A stretch of 62,935 nucleotides of DNA, filler included, from Craspedostauros australis (taxonomy: Eukaryota): NCBI GenBank assembly GCA_030167865.1. It is 5 parts of 5 records of this genome, joined end to end, with 100 filler letters (N's around TTAATTAATTAA, not from the genome) between each part and the next. Parts side by side here need not be neighbours in the genome. Positions count along the whole stretch, not along the records: positions 1 to 30,185 come from JALAGF010004994.1; 4 more parts are not named here. One strand, 5' to 3'. The translations under genes were made by a program, and so were the position numbers. The notes under the pieces are model-generated. The model saw nothing but the letters and a program-made list of their open reading frames with translations. It searched no databases and was not told where the DNA came from. Of the stretch, positions 1 to 10,427 are shown in pieces. How positions within the stretch are numbered: the first letter of the stretch is position 1; every line of letters starts with the position of its first letter.

Positions 1-54
1 AAAGCAAATCGTCTTCCCACATCACGTGCCTACCGCACAGGCGATCTCTCCGAC

Positions 55-1825
55 GTGCCAGCCGCGCTCACAACAACCATCACTTCTGTAGCACAACACA
101 ACCGAAATCTAAGCCAGCCACAGAAGGAACTCCTCAAATGGCACTACCGACTCGGGCACCTCTCCTTCCGACGCGTGCAATTCCTACTTCGATCAGGTGC
201 ACTCGTCAACACCGAAGCATCANNNNNNNNNNNNNNNNNNNNNNNNNNNNNNNNNNNNNNNNNNNNNNNNNNNNNNNNNACAACACCGCAGACCAACACC
301 AGGCACGACACAGCACGCAATACGGGACAGACAGGGTGTGATCAAAACCGATCACCTCTTCCCTGGCCAACAGGTCTCCGTGGACCACTTCGTGGGACGC
401 ACGCTGGGCCGCCTATTCACTGGAAGGGGCAAATCCGACTCCTCGGAGATGTACAAGGGCGGAGCGATGTTTGTGGATCATGCATCAGGGTACATTCACG
501 TGGAACCTGTTGCGTCCCTCACCACTCATGCAACCCTCGAAGCCAAGACACGATTTGAGTCCATGTGTCGCGATGTGGGCGTGCCAGTGCGCTCGTACCT
601 ATCGGACAATACCACCACCTTCACATCTCCAGACTACACCAAACACCTCGAGCGCTTCCACCAAGTGCATCGCTTCGCCGGAGTCGGTGCTCATCATCAC
701 AACGGAGTGGCTGAGCGAAGCATCCGTACCATCAGCTCCATGGCACGCACGATGATGATGCATCAGAGCATCCACTGGCCGACGATGTTTGACGCACAGC
801 ATTGGCCCATGGCGGTCGTGCATGCAGCGTACATTCACAATAGGGTCCCCAACGCAGCCACCGGGTTGACACCGATGGATATCCTGTCGCGTACTCGCAT
901 TTCACTGAAGCAACTCCACAACCTCCATGTGTGGGGCAGCCCGGTGTATGTATTGAACAAGGCCCTTGGCGATGGACACAAGATTCCACGATGGGAGCCA
1001 CGCGGAGAACGGTACGTCAACATGGGTCTCTCCACCCGTCACGCATCAACCGTTCCCCTGGTGTTGTCACCGCGGACAGGATCGATCACCCCACAATTTC
1101 ACGTCGTTTTTGATGATTGGTTCGCAACCATCGCAACCAACCCAAGCGATCTTCCCGACTACAACTCCAGTGAGTGGACCCACATGTTCGGCGACACAAC
1201 ATATCAGATTCCTTTCGATGACGAAGACATCATTGCCATGGAAGAAAGAGACATCGAACGTGAAGACGCAAACGATCACCGACGGTTCCATTCGACCAGC
1301 GACAACGATGTGCCAATACCACCGCTATCATCAGGCGCGCGGCAAACACCCACGCGAACTCCGCCCAACACAGATTCACAAGCTCACATTTTGGGGCAGC
1401 CATCGGAACCAGAAATGAACAACGACGCCACACCGATCGACCAGATACAGCCTCCCCAACCAAGCCCTCAACTACCAGCGACTGTTGAAAATGAAACACT
1501 CACGTCACCAGTGCCGCCAACAGAGGGAGCTGAGGAGCTACCGGAACGTATCGCCACGACTTCGCCAAACCTGCTGCCACCAACAGAGGGAGTGACAAAC
1601 GACGACGAAAGAGATGTCATACTGATCACAAGTGATTCCCCTCCAGCTTTGCCACCTCGTGAACCCATCCACGCGCCAACAAAAAGAGACAAGGCCAAAC
1701 AAATCAGGCCGCCTCCACTTCGCCGCTCGGAGCGTATCAACAAGCGAGAGCCACGAGAACGAAGAACCGTCGAGCGGCTTACTTACAACAAGTTGGGGGG
1801 GGGGCAAAGTCGTGTGGGCAGATGA
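55..1825 (+). pseudogene. copia pol, GAG-pre-integrase plus integrase core (N gap inside, frame break at a G10 run)
   Basis: ORFs 55..558 and 197..1825 carry the pre-integrase HxxLGH and rve DDE motifs. The G10 run at 1795-1804 separates this frame from the downstream pol frame. Confidence 0.9.
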
Positions 1826-2966
1826 CGATACGCTACCCATCGAAGCTAGCGCGAACGTGACAGCTCAACACACAGGCAACCCCAGCAAGACCCAAGCAGT
1901 ACAGAACATGAAGAAGATCCTGCAGGATTGTCGCAAGTCGCTCATGGAATTCACAGAGCACCCTGACCACCAGATAACACAAAAGGCCAAAGTCCTGGTC
2001 CGCAATGCGGAATCCATGCTCCGGGATTTGAAGACCATCGATACCGAAGAGCTACGAAAGGACGAACAGCGTTGGGCGCAGGGCGACCTCGAGATGGAAC
2101 GGATGCTACGTGCAAGACAGCTCGAGATCAGGGCCGAGATGCGCAAGGAACAAGAGGAGGCAGCGGCCGATAAAACAACATCCCCGCACGAACACCACGT
2201 CCTAATGATGAGCAATCAATCCGACTCGTCCTCAGAGGACGACAACTCATCCCCCGGCCATACCATGGACCCCATCGACATCGGCCACCTGTGGCCACAC
2301 CACGTCAACATCACTCGGCACATCCGCCACTACTTTGACCATGTGGTGCAGTTCCGATTCCCGACGGAAGCTGCAAGGAGCCAGTGCATCTACTACGCCA
2401 TCCGCAGATTCGTTGATGCCGTCGACGAAATGCTCGAAACAGGTGAGTATAACCTCCCCGTCTCGTACTTCGGATTCATACCAAGAACACAAGGCCAGCA
2501 ATACACTCTGGAACGAGCCATTGCGGCTATGGAGAACGGCCTACGACCACCGGACGAAAACGAACGGGTACAGGACTTCATGTGACGAGCAGGTTTCGCT
2601 TGGCACCTCATTACGCATGACGAGCGATTTGAGATTGGCATACTCCACCTACACATCCAACTTGGAGTCGCACCCGAGGTACCACCGACGATCATGGCCC
2701 CACCGAGCGAATTCGAACCAGCCGAGCAGCACACTTCGACATCAACGCACCACGCCTGTCATCCATTTCAGCATGATGATGAGACCGACGAACACTACGC
2801 GATGGCAGCAACAATTGAACATGATGACAACGACAATCACAGCGCCCTCATCACATACGATCTGCTCAGCTTCTTCACCAGCGGCGGTGACCTCGACATC
2901 GCAGACTGACACTGCAGCTACAAGGCGTCAAAAGCTGACCCCGACACTCTTTCCTTCAGTGAGGCC
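1805..2966 (+). pseudogene. long IN-RT linker of pol containing an unidentified helical/globular domain, two in-frame TGA stops
   Basis: ORFs 1632..2585, 2694..2909 and 2967..4514 share one frame, separated only by TGA at 2583-2585 and 2907-2909. Read-through gives ..YKASKADPDTLSFSEAM.., a typical RT lead-in. Confidence 0.75.
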
Positions 2967-4514
2967 ATGAATGACGACAACAAAAACGAATGGATGGCCG
3001 CCGCATACAAGGAAATCCACGATCTTACCAACAAAGGGACGTGGATTGAGGTGCCAAAATCCTCCATCACCGATCGCATCTTCCCGGGCACATGGGTATT
3101 CCGACGCAAGCGAATGCCCGATGGCACGGTCAAGAAGTATAAAGGACGATGGTGCTGCAGAGGCGATATGATGACCAAAACAGAAGCAACCTACGCCCCA
3201 GTCGTTGCATGGTCGTCCGTCCGCGTCTTTCTCATCCTTTCCATTCTACTCCGCTGGGTCACAACGTCGATCAATTTTTCGAACGCGTTCGTTCAAGCCG
3301 ACATCCACCGACCTGTCTACCTACACCTTCCTTGCGGTTTCCGATCAACGAATGGACCCGACACGTGCCTTAAGCTGGTTAAAAGCCTATACGGTCTCAC
3401 TATTGCTCCCAAGCTATGGTACCAGCATCTCGTGCGCGCCCTCCTCGCGGAAGGATTCCATGCGTGTGACCAAGAGAAGTGCCTGTTCATGCGCGACGGC
3501 ATGATGATCGTCCTCCATGTGGACGACGCTGGCATCGCTTTGCCTACGGAAGAAGAGGCAGACGCGTTCATCGAGTCCATGCGTAAGCGCGGATTTGATC
3601 TCACACAAGAAGGCACGTTCACTGAGTTTTTGGGGATATCACTGCACAGAAACCCCAAGAACAACACCATCCACCTCAAACAAACCGGCCTAATCAACAA
3701 GATCATCGAGGCCACCGGCATGCAAGACTGCAAACCCAACGTGACACCGACAACGCAACTTGCCCTCGGCGCTTCAACCGACCAACCACCAATGAAGGAA
3801 GCATGGAACTACCGCTCTATAGTCGGCATGCTGCTCTACTTGACCACGAACACACGCCCCGACCTGGCCTTCGCCGTCTCCCAAGTGGCCCAATTCAGCA
3901 ACGATCCCCGCCAACCACACGCAAAGGCCATCAAGATGATCGTGCGATACCTCCGCCACACTAAAACCATGGGCACCATCGTACGACCAACGGGCCAACT
4001 CGACTTGGAATGCTACGTCGATGCTGATTTCGCTGGCCTGTACAAGCGCGAGTCCGACGACTCTCCAAACGCAGTACGCTCACGCACGGGCTATGTCATC
4101 ATCCTTGGTGGCTGCCCGCTCGTGTGGAAATCGAAGCTACAGACGGAGATCGCCTTATCGACCATGGAATCGGAATACGCCGCACTGTCTCTTGCCATGC
4201 GCGCCCTCATCCCAATGCAACAACTCATCAACGAAGTCAACGCATTAACGAGTCTCAATCAACCGCTGCAAACCAACATCCAATGCACTGTTTTTGAGGA
4301 TAATGAGGCGTGCATCTCACTGGCGACAAACCACAAGGTCACGGCGCGAACCAAACACTTTCTCACCAAATGGCACTTCTTCTGGCACTGGGTCAAGGAA
4401 GGCTTCATCCGAATCCTACACGTACCAACACCGCACCAAGTTGCTGACATCTTCACTAAGGGCCTTGCGCGGGATGCATTCGAGCACCTGCGACGGATGC
4501 TCATGGGATGGTGA
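2967..4514 (+). pseudogene. copia reverse transcriptase plus RNase H (first catalytic Asp reads Asn)
   Basis: RVT_2-type motifs; SINFSNAFVQ (D expected at 3273-3275), LHVDD, RNase HI motifs, stop at 4514. Confidence 0.92.
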
Positions 4515-4986
4515 TGGCGCCACAAATTGTGAACTGTTGACCGAACGATGGAGGTTTTTACACCGGGGACATGTGTCAGGAATCGGGTGTTATGAAACAC
4601 GTGATTGCCGCACCTCCCAGGAGTATTTGGAGTCAAGTGTTGTGAAACACTAAATTACCGCACCTCCCGATGTGACATTATGAGCATCAAAATGTGAGGT
4701 ACATGATGAGGCGAAGGCTGTCCTGAGACGAATGGCGAATGACAAGTGTGGATCGATGATGACGACTGTGAAGGATAATGCAATCATCCAATGCACGGTT
4801 GCATGTCACAAGGGGCTGCAATGATGCATTCGTGACCAACATCAGGTACAAGCAAATACATCCCTCATGTCATGACGGACAAAGAAGTGAGGAGTCGGAA
4901 TATCCCATTACCACGAAGTACAAAAAGGACCGTGAGAGAACTCTCCGGTGATAATGGATGAAGCTGGTGACGAACCAGCGAAATGC

Positions 4987-5074
4987 ATGTGATAAGGGAT
5001 GGCTGCCTCAACACGAGAAATCGTGTGAGAATGTGATAAGGGATGGATGCCTCAACACGAGAAATCATGTGAGA
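4987..5074. repeat. 2 x 44-bp tandem repeat in the region 3' of pol
   Basis: atgtgataagggatgg(c/a)tgcctcaacacgagaaatc(g/a)tgtgaga at 4987 and 5031. Confidence 0.9.
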
Positions 5075-5352
5075 AATCGTGAGAACAACGGTTCAACCGT
5101 GAGAACAGTTGTGTCTCTTGTGTTTTGTGAAAACACGAAGATGATGATCCGACTGAGTGAAACGAGTCGGTAACGCCTGTGAATCAATGATGTCTATGCT
5201 GACGAAACTATTGGTAGAGGGCAGGAGATGGAATATCTGAGATGCATGATGAGATGCATCAATACTACAAGATGAGATGTACATGGAGTACATGCTGCAT
5301 GACATGATGAAGCAGGAGGACAGCACTGCATGAGCAAGGGCAAGACTGTGTG

Positions 5353-6066
5353 CTACTGTGGATTATGTATGCTTTGGCAAATGGAATAGAAAGTGATGAA
5401 GATGTTGTACTCACAGTTCCAACAATGCAATAACATGAATAGGTAACCAGATACTACTACTAGAGACTGGGGTACCCCGGATTTCCAACACACATGAACC
5501 CGATTGTCCGTGGTGGTGGTGGCTGGTACAGCGTGTTTTTGGACGAAGACGGTTGGAGGAATCCTAGTATTGATTCCTTGGTGTCGAAAGCTGGGGTCGT
5601 CGATGTAGTGTGCGTAGTCAGTACCATCTGGGGCGTTGCATTTCGAGGTGTATTTCAGACCGTGAAAGTCGTAGAAGTTATCACCGCGGATCTTCGCCAA
5701 CATTTTGAGAACTGATTGGCGGGGAGCGGAGGGTTCGATGAGTGCGAAGTCATCGTTGCGTTGCTGCACAACAGAGACGATGCTCTGGGGGATTGCTTTA
5801 TGGACACGAAGGAAGGCCATGAGCCACTTTGCCATCGAGATATTGAAGTCCCCCTTAAGGTCGCAGTTGTCAACATACTTGTACAGTTGTGGAGCGTCGT
5901 GGCCATTGCGCACCTGTGTCAAAATGTGTTGGCGATAGTCTTGTAGATGTGGCTGTGCGTTGAGTTGAAGAGGCGCGTTGCCCCAGAAATACTCATTGTA
6001 CGAATGCTGACCAACACCTTTCAGCAATTTACGATCTTCACGCGTCGGTGGAGGAATGTCGCTCAT
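5353..6066 (-). CDS. unidentified TE-associated ORF (gag N-terminus of the adjacent LTR element, or antisense ORF of the + strand copia)
   Basis: Protein-like open frame from MSDIPPP (ATG at 6066) within the TE cluster; no recognised motif. Confidence 0.35.
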   Translation of the reverse strand: MSDIPPPTREDRKLLKGVGQHSYNEYFWGNAPLQLNAQPHLQDYRQHILTQVRNGHDAPQLYKYVDNCDLKGDFNISMAKWLMAFLRVHKAIPQSIVSVVQQRNDDFALIEPSAPRQSVLKMLAKIRGDNFYDFHGLKYTSKCNAPDGTDYAHYIDDPSFRHQGINTRIPPTVFVQKHAVPATTTTDNRVHVCWKSGVPQSLVVVSGYLFMLLHCWNCEYNIFITFYSICQSIHNPQ

Positions 6067-7049
6067 CTTGCTGTTGATGCCCGTTCGGCGAAAGTGATTG
6101 GAGGCGAGAGGGCGACAGCGACAAGAAACCGTGGAGTTATGGTGTTGGTGTGCGTGTTGGTGTGAGTGTTGACGTGAGTGTTGTTGTGGTTGTTGATGCC
6201 ATCGATAGCAACAACAATGTTTGATTCTGCTCACCTTGTCCTGTGTTGTATTGTCTTGCTCTGCCTTCGTGAGGACTCCAGTCAGGCTCCGTTCAGCTTT
6301 GAAGGTGTGGCTGATTTTGATGATTGATTGTTGTGAGTATGTCGATGTCGATGTTGTTGATGATGATTATGATGACGATGACTGTGCTCTCTTGGATGTG
6401 TTGTTTGTGTGGAGCAAGGAAAGTCACGAGAGAGTGTTTGACAGGCACGCTCACAGCAGCAGCTTGTTGTTCTTGGTCTCCTCGGCTTCGGTCTGCTCGA
6501 ATCTGTTTGTACTTCTCTGTGTTGACCGACCGCACAGATCAGACTCACAGAACACTCAGGTTTTGTTGCGCCATCTTTTTCTGTGGTATCTTCCCTCCTC
6601 GTTGTGATGGTGGTGGCAATTCCTTCCATTTCCGCCATCGCGGATTTGGGGTTTTGCAGTGCTTCGACGTGGACAGCAGTTGTCACACAACGGTGGGCGT
6701 TTTCGATTGGCGCCAAAACAAGTTTTGAGGCTATGTGTGTCACAGTCTGGCCTTTGTCCGTCATTGTAGACAAAGACTTCACACATGTACTCCACCTCAC
6801 AGTATGATCATCAGTCTTGTCTTCTCTACTTTACACAGACTCTCACAGGTTAATGAGCATTCTTTTTGACCTCACGGTTATCTTCACGCATGTTGGCAAG
6901 TTCCGTGCACAGAGACTCTTTGCTCTACTGACGATGGTGGTGGTGGTGTTACGATTTGAATTCCTAATTCACTATGATGTTGTTCCGATGGCCCGGCTAT
7001 GAGTCAGCATCCGAGATGCTCTCTTGCTGTTTCTCTTATTTCTCTTTCT

Positions 7050-7609
7050 CTCTCGTTCGTGTTGGTACTGTGCGATACTCCATATTCGATACGTACTCAA
7101 TCTTCCCTTCTCATATTGACCTACTACTTCACGCGTAGTCGTCAATGTCTCATCCGATCTCCATGTTGCACCTCCAAGATCTCCAATCCCTTGGCCATTA
7201 TATCTTCGCCTTCTTGTTCTGATGTGGAGCCAGCTGTCAAGGTGATGATGATGTCTTCCATGTCGACGTCAGTCGTCATTGCTCCACGCTCCTGTGGATT
7301 CCACATTATGTTGAAGATGTAGATGGGAGGCGAAGGTGTCGTCATTTGGGGTTTAGTTGGGATGTAGGTTGATTTGGATTCGGCATCACACGTTTCTGTC
7401 GAATGGACGGACAAACCGAGTATCTGAGACTCTCAGAAATGACTGTTCACGCATTTCCTCCCGAAATTGTGAACACGATGGCGCGCATAAATCTGTGAGT
7501 GTGATTCATCAATCACACTTTGCTGATGATACAAACATCAGTGCTGTTTGCACATAGAGTAAGAGAACGATGGGTGTGCGATGCACATACACATATGCAC
7601 AATCCTACA
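7050..7609 (-). mobile_element. old diverged copy of LTR family B, truncating the degenerate RT; far boundary undetermined (possibly 6891)
   Basis: The minus strand starts TGTAGG at 7609 and is collinear with 30286-30793: atgtgcatcg..caccc..ttctct, ggaggaaat..atttctgagag, gtccgtccat, actgacgtcgaca, gaagg.gaagat. Confidence 0.75.
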
Positions 7610-8834
7610 TACAACAGCATGCCAACAACCGAGCAGTAGTTCCAGGTCTCGGAAATGGATGGCTCATGTTCACACTGGCCAAGTGCAATTTGCGTCGTTG
7701 GTGTGAGGCATGGAGAGCAGTTTGTCATCTTGGTTGCCGCAAAGACCTTTTTGATTGGTCCTGGTTGGCAGAGATGAACGGTGTTGGCCTTTGGATCTCG
7801 ACTGAGCTCGATGTCCAGGAATTGGAGAAGCCCCCTTCTTGAGTGAGATCGAAGCCACAGCTGTGCATTGACATGGCGAAGTCATCAGCAATCTGGCACG
7901 TCTTGGAGGCGATGCCAGTGTTGTCAACACAGAGAATGATCATGATGTCTGCATGGATAAAGAGGCATTGTTCTTGATCACATGCCTTGAAGCCTTCACC
8001 AAGGATTTCCCAGATCAGGTGCTCGTACCAGAGGCAGGGTGCGATGGTGAGGCCATGCAGGCTCTTCTTGAGCTTGAGGCATGTGTTGGGACCCTTGCTT
8101 GGCTTGAACCTGTGCGAGAGGTGAACATACACTGTAGAGACAACAGTCTCACTTCGGTTCCCTACCCAGCTTTGAGCTGAAGGGTGGAGCCAGAGCAAGT
8201 ACTGTGTGGTGTTATTGTTGGTGGTTCGATCAGATATTTTTAGTTTGATTTCATGAGTCTGTCTTGTTGTCTTTCACTGTCTGGTTTGCGCTATGTTTTT
8301 TGTGTGTGGCTTGATCTGTTGTTCCCTGTGTTCATTCGCCTTAGACCAATCATTTGGGTCATTGCATGTACGATGCGTCCCACTGAGTTGGCGGAGAGCA
8401 TCGTCAGTCCCAACATTCATAGGCTTGTGGATCTCAGCCTGAACGAACGCGTTGGTAAAGTTGATGGATGTGGTGACCCAGCCCATGACAATGGAGGTGC
8501 CAAGAAAGATGCACACGGACAACCAGGTCCCAACAGGTGCGTAGGTGGAAGCATCCTCGCTCATGAGGTCGCCTTGGCAACACCAACGGCCCTTGTACTT
8601 TTTTATGGTACTGTCAGGAAGGCGCTTGCAGCGGAAGACCCAAGTGTCAGGGAAGATGTGAGAGCAGATAAAGCTCTTGTCCACTTCTTCCCAGGTGCCT
8701 TTGCTGGTTAGATCTTGGATCTCCTTGTTTGCAGCCTGCATCCATGTATCCCAATTTTTGTCTTGGATGGCTTCATCGAAAGAGAGCGTGTCTGGAAGGG
8801 ATTGATGTTTTTGCGTTCTACTGCTCTTGCTCAA
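7610..8834 (-). pseudogene. degenerate copia reverse transcriptase, same family as 2967..4514
   Basis: PDTLSFDEAI..KEIQDLTSKGTW..KKYKGRWCCQGD, CLKLKKSLHGLTIAP, FDLTQEG, WNYCSVVGMLLY; frameshifts and many CpG-type transitions. Confidence 0.9.
8133..8415. mobile_element. 283-bp solo-LTR-like insertion in the degenerate RT
   Basis: TGTAG...CAACA termini. It interrupts RT between IHKP and VYVHL. Flanks tacac / ttcat are a 3-of-5 match to a TSD. Confidence 0.7.
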
Positions 8835-9162
8835 CTACACTTCGTTTGGATGGTGTGCACTGAAGTTCGATGCCAGCTTTTGAGAAGGCAATCGCTTGGT
8901 TTTCAAGCATTGGTGATGCATGCTTTGGCAGAGGCTTCTGACTCCAATGCATGATTGGCTGTGGTCAGTTGGGACTGTTGTCCTCTTGAGAGGCTCGGTT
9001 TGCGAGCGTTGGAGTCTGATGTTGATCAGATGCATCCAGTGGGGACCTTGGGTCTGCGGGAGTTGCTCAGTTTGTGAGCGGCGCCTATTGGCTTGGTCTC
9101 TTTGAGACTGTGCAAGTGGTTTGCAGAGGAAGTTGTTCAATAGAGTTGGTGAATATAAGTGT

Positions 9163-9180
9163 AACCACTTGCAGCTACCA
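9163..9180 (-). promoter_or_regulatory. primer binding site, initiator tRNA-Met-like
   Basis: Minus strand TGGTAGCTGCAAGTGGTT directly after the LTR. The complement AACCACTTGCAGCTACCA has the ..GCTACCA 3' end typical of eukaryotic tRNA-iMet. Confidence 0.7.
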
Positions 9181-9895
9181 GTTGGATTTCGTGTGCTGTT
9201 GCGACACGATCCAGAAGGGAAGGCCTTTGGAACTGCCAGTTGAGACAACCATTTGATGCAATTCTCAGAGGGATGAGTTTCTGGTGAAGTGTTGCTACTA
9301 TAACGATCACTAGAGAAGTGAAGTTGTACTGATCTCGGCTTTCGCCATAGGTGTTCTTTTGAGTTGATCAGTTGTTGCCATTAGGATATAGAAACAATGT
9401 TCACACACTTGGTGCGGATCTGCACTGATCCACAGGGTTCAACGTTGAGAACGGACAGGGATCCTTGCTCTCTGTTACTCTTTACTGTCTGCAGTAGTCT
9501 TCCAGCATAGAACACAAGAGCTTGACATCTTGTATAAGCTGTGCAGAAGACTCAGCAGCAGTTGTGACAGAGATGCACAGTCTTATACCCTGCTTGTGTT
9601 GAAGCAGGTTGAATCTCCTTGCCATGACTGTGTCATCAGAGTAGTTGCTATAGTTGGAGAGGGGATCAAGGCAAGTTGCAATACAAGGATCTGAGGAGCT
9701 TGTAGTTCCCAGAGTGGCTTGGATCGAGACGATCGTGCCTTTTGAGTCAGTGATGGTCCATGAATGAAAAGGGGGTGTAGAAAAGGGGGTTGTGTTCGTT
9801 GGGGTTGGGAAATTTCGCCCCAACAGTGAATTTCAGACAATAGTATGGGACACACTAAGAGTTGAATTCAGTCTGTCCTTAATTGAAGTATATCT
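9180..9895 (-). mobile_element. 5' LTR (family A) of an internally deleted copia element
   Basis: Collinear with 19892..20578 (gaaacaatg, ctgcactgat, gttgaagcaggttg, aaggatctgaggagc, tttgagtca, agtctgtcc). Followed on the minus strand by the PBS and then linker/RT remnants. Confidence 0.8.
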
Positions 9896-10427
9896 ACAGA
9901 TACAGAAGTAGCCCCTTTTGGTACTGTAACGGACAGTTGCGTTCAAGACACGGACACTATATCGGGCTTCGTGAATTGCTGTGAACAACCAAACAGCAAC
10001 AACAGAGTGCTTCTGGACTGCGTGGCATGAAACCCAACTGCAACACCCACACAGCGCTTGTCGCATGAGGAGCTGCCACCAACGTCCAAAACATACTTCC
10101 AACATCCAAAGACAGAGAGGTGTGAAGTTCTTGTGACGACCCCTGATTCGAGCGACTGGGAACTGTCTGGACTCTGCGATCCAACGAGTAATACAACGAG
10201 TAATACAACGACAAGTACCGACACCAACTCTGTGCAAACAAGGGCACCGACTGCATTTGCTCGCTTTCCATCCAAATCACAAGCACAACAGCACGGAGCA
10301 GAGCAGAGCAGAATACTCTTCTCTTCTCTGTAGGATCCAGAATAGCACTAAAGACAGGACTGTGTGTTTGTCTCTGTCTCCCTCTCCCTCTTGGGTGGAG
10401 CGATTAGTGTTGAAACGAGAGCAAAGG

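Larger units (their letters stand above)
1..4514 (+). mobile_element. Ty1/copia LTR retrotransposon internal region (CoDi-like), 5' end outside window, own LTRs not seen
   Basis: Copia domain order IN then RT then RNase H. GAG-pre-integrase LLKWHYRLGHLSF, integrase VSVDHF..SDNTTTF..HHNGVAER, RT WVFRRKR..KYKGRWCCRGD and KSLYGL, RNase H YVDADFAG..STMESEY..FEDNEACI..VADIFTK. Confidence 0.95.

Noticed and set aside
2583..2909. TGA read-through as selenocysteine or an alternative genetic code
   Set aside because: Host genes here use TGA as a stop, and CGA to TGA decay explains both codons.
9765..9790. Purine tract aaaagggggtg as the PPT of the + strand copia
   Set aside because: It lies inside the minus-strand LTR-A, as shown by homology to 19892-20578.
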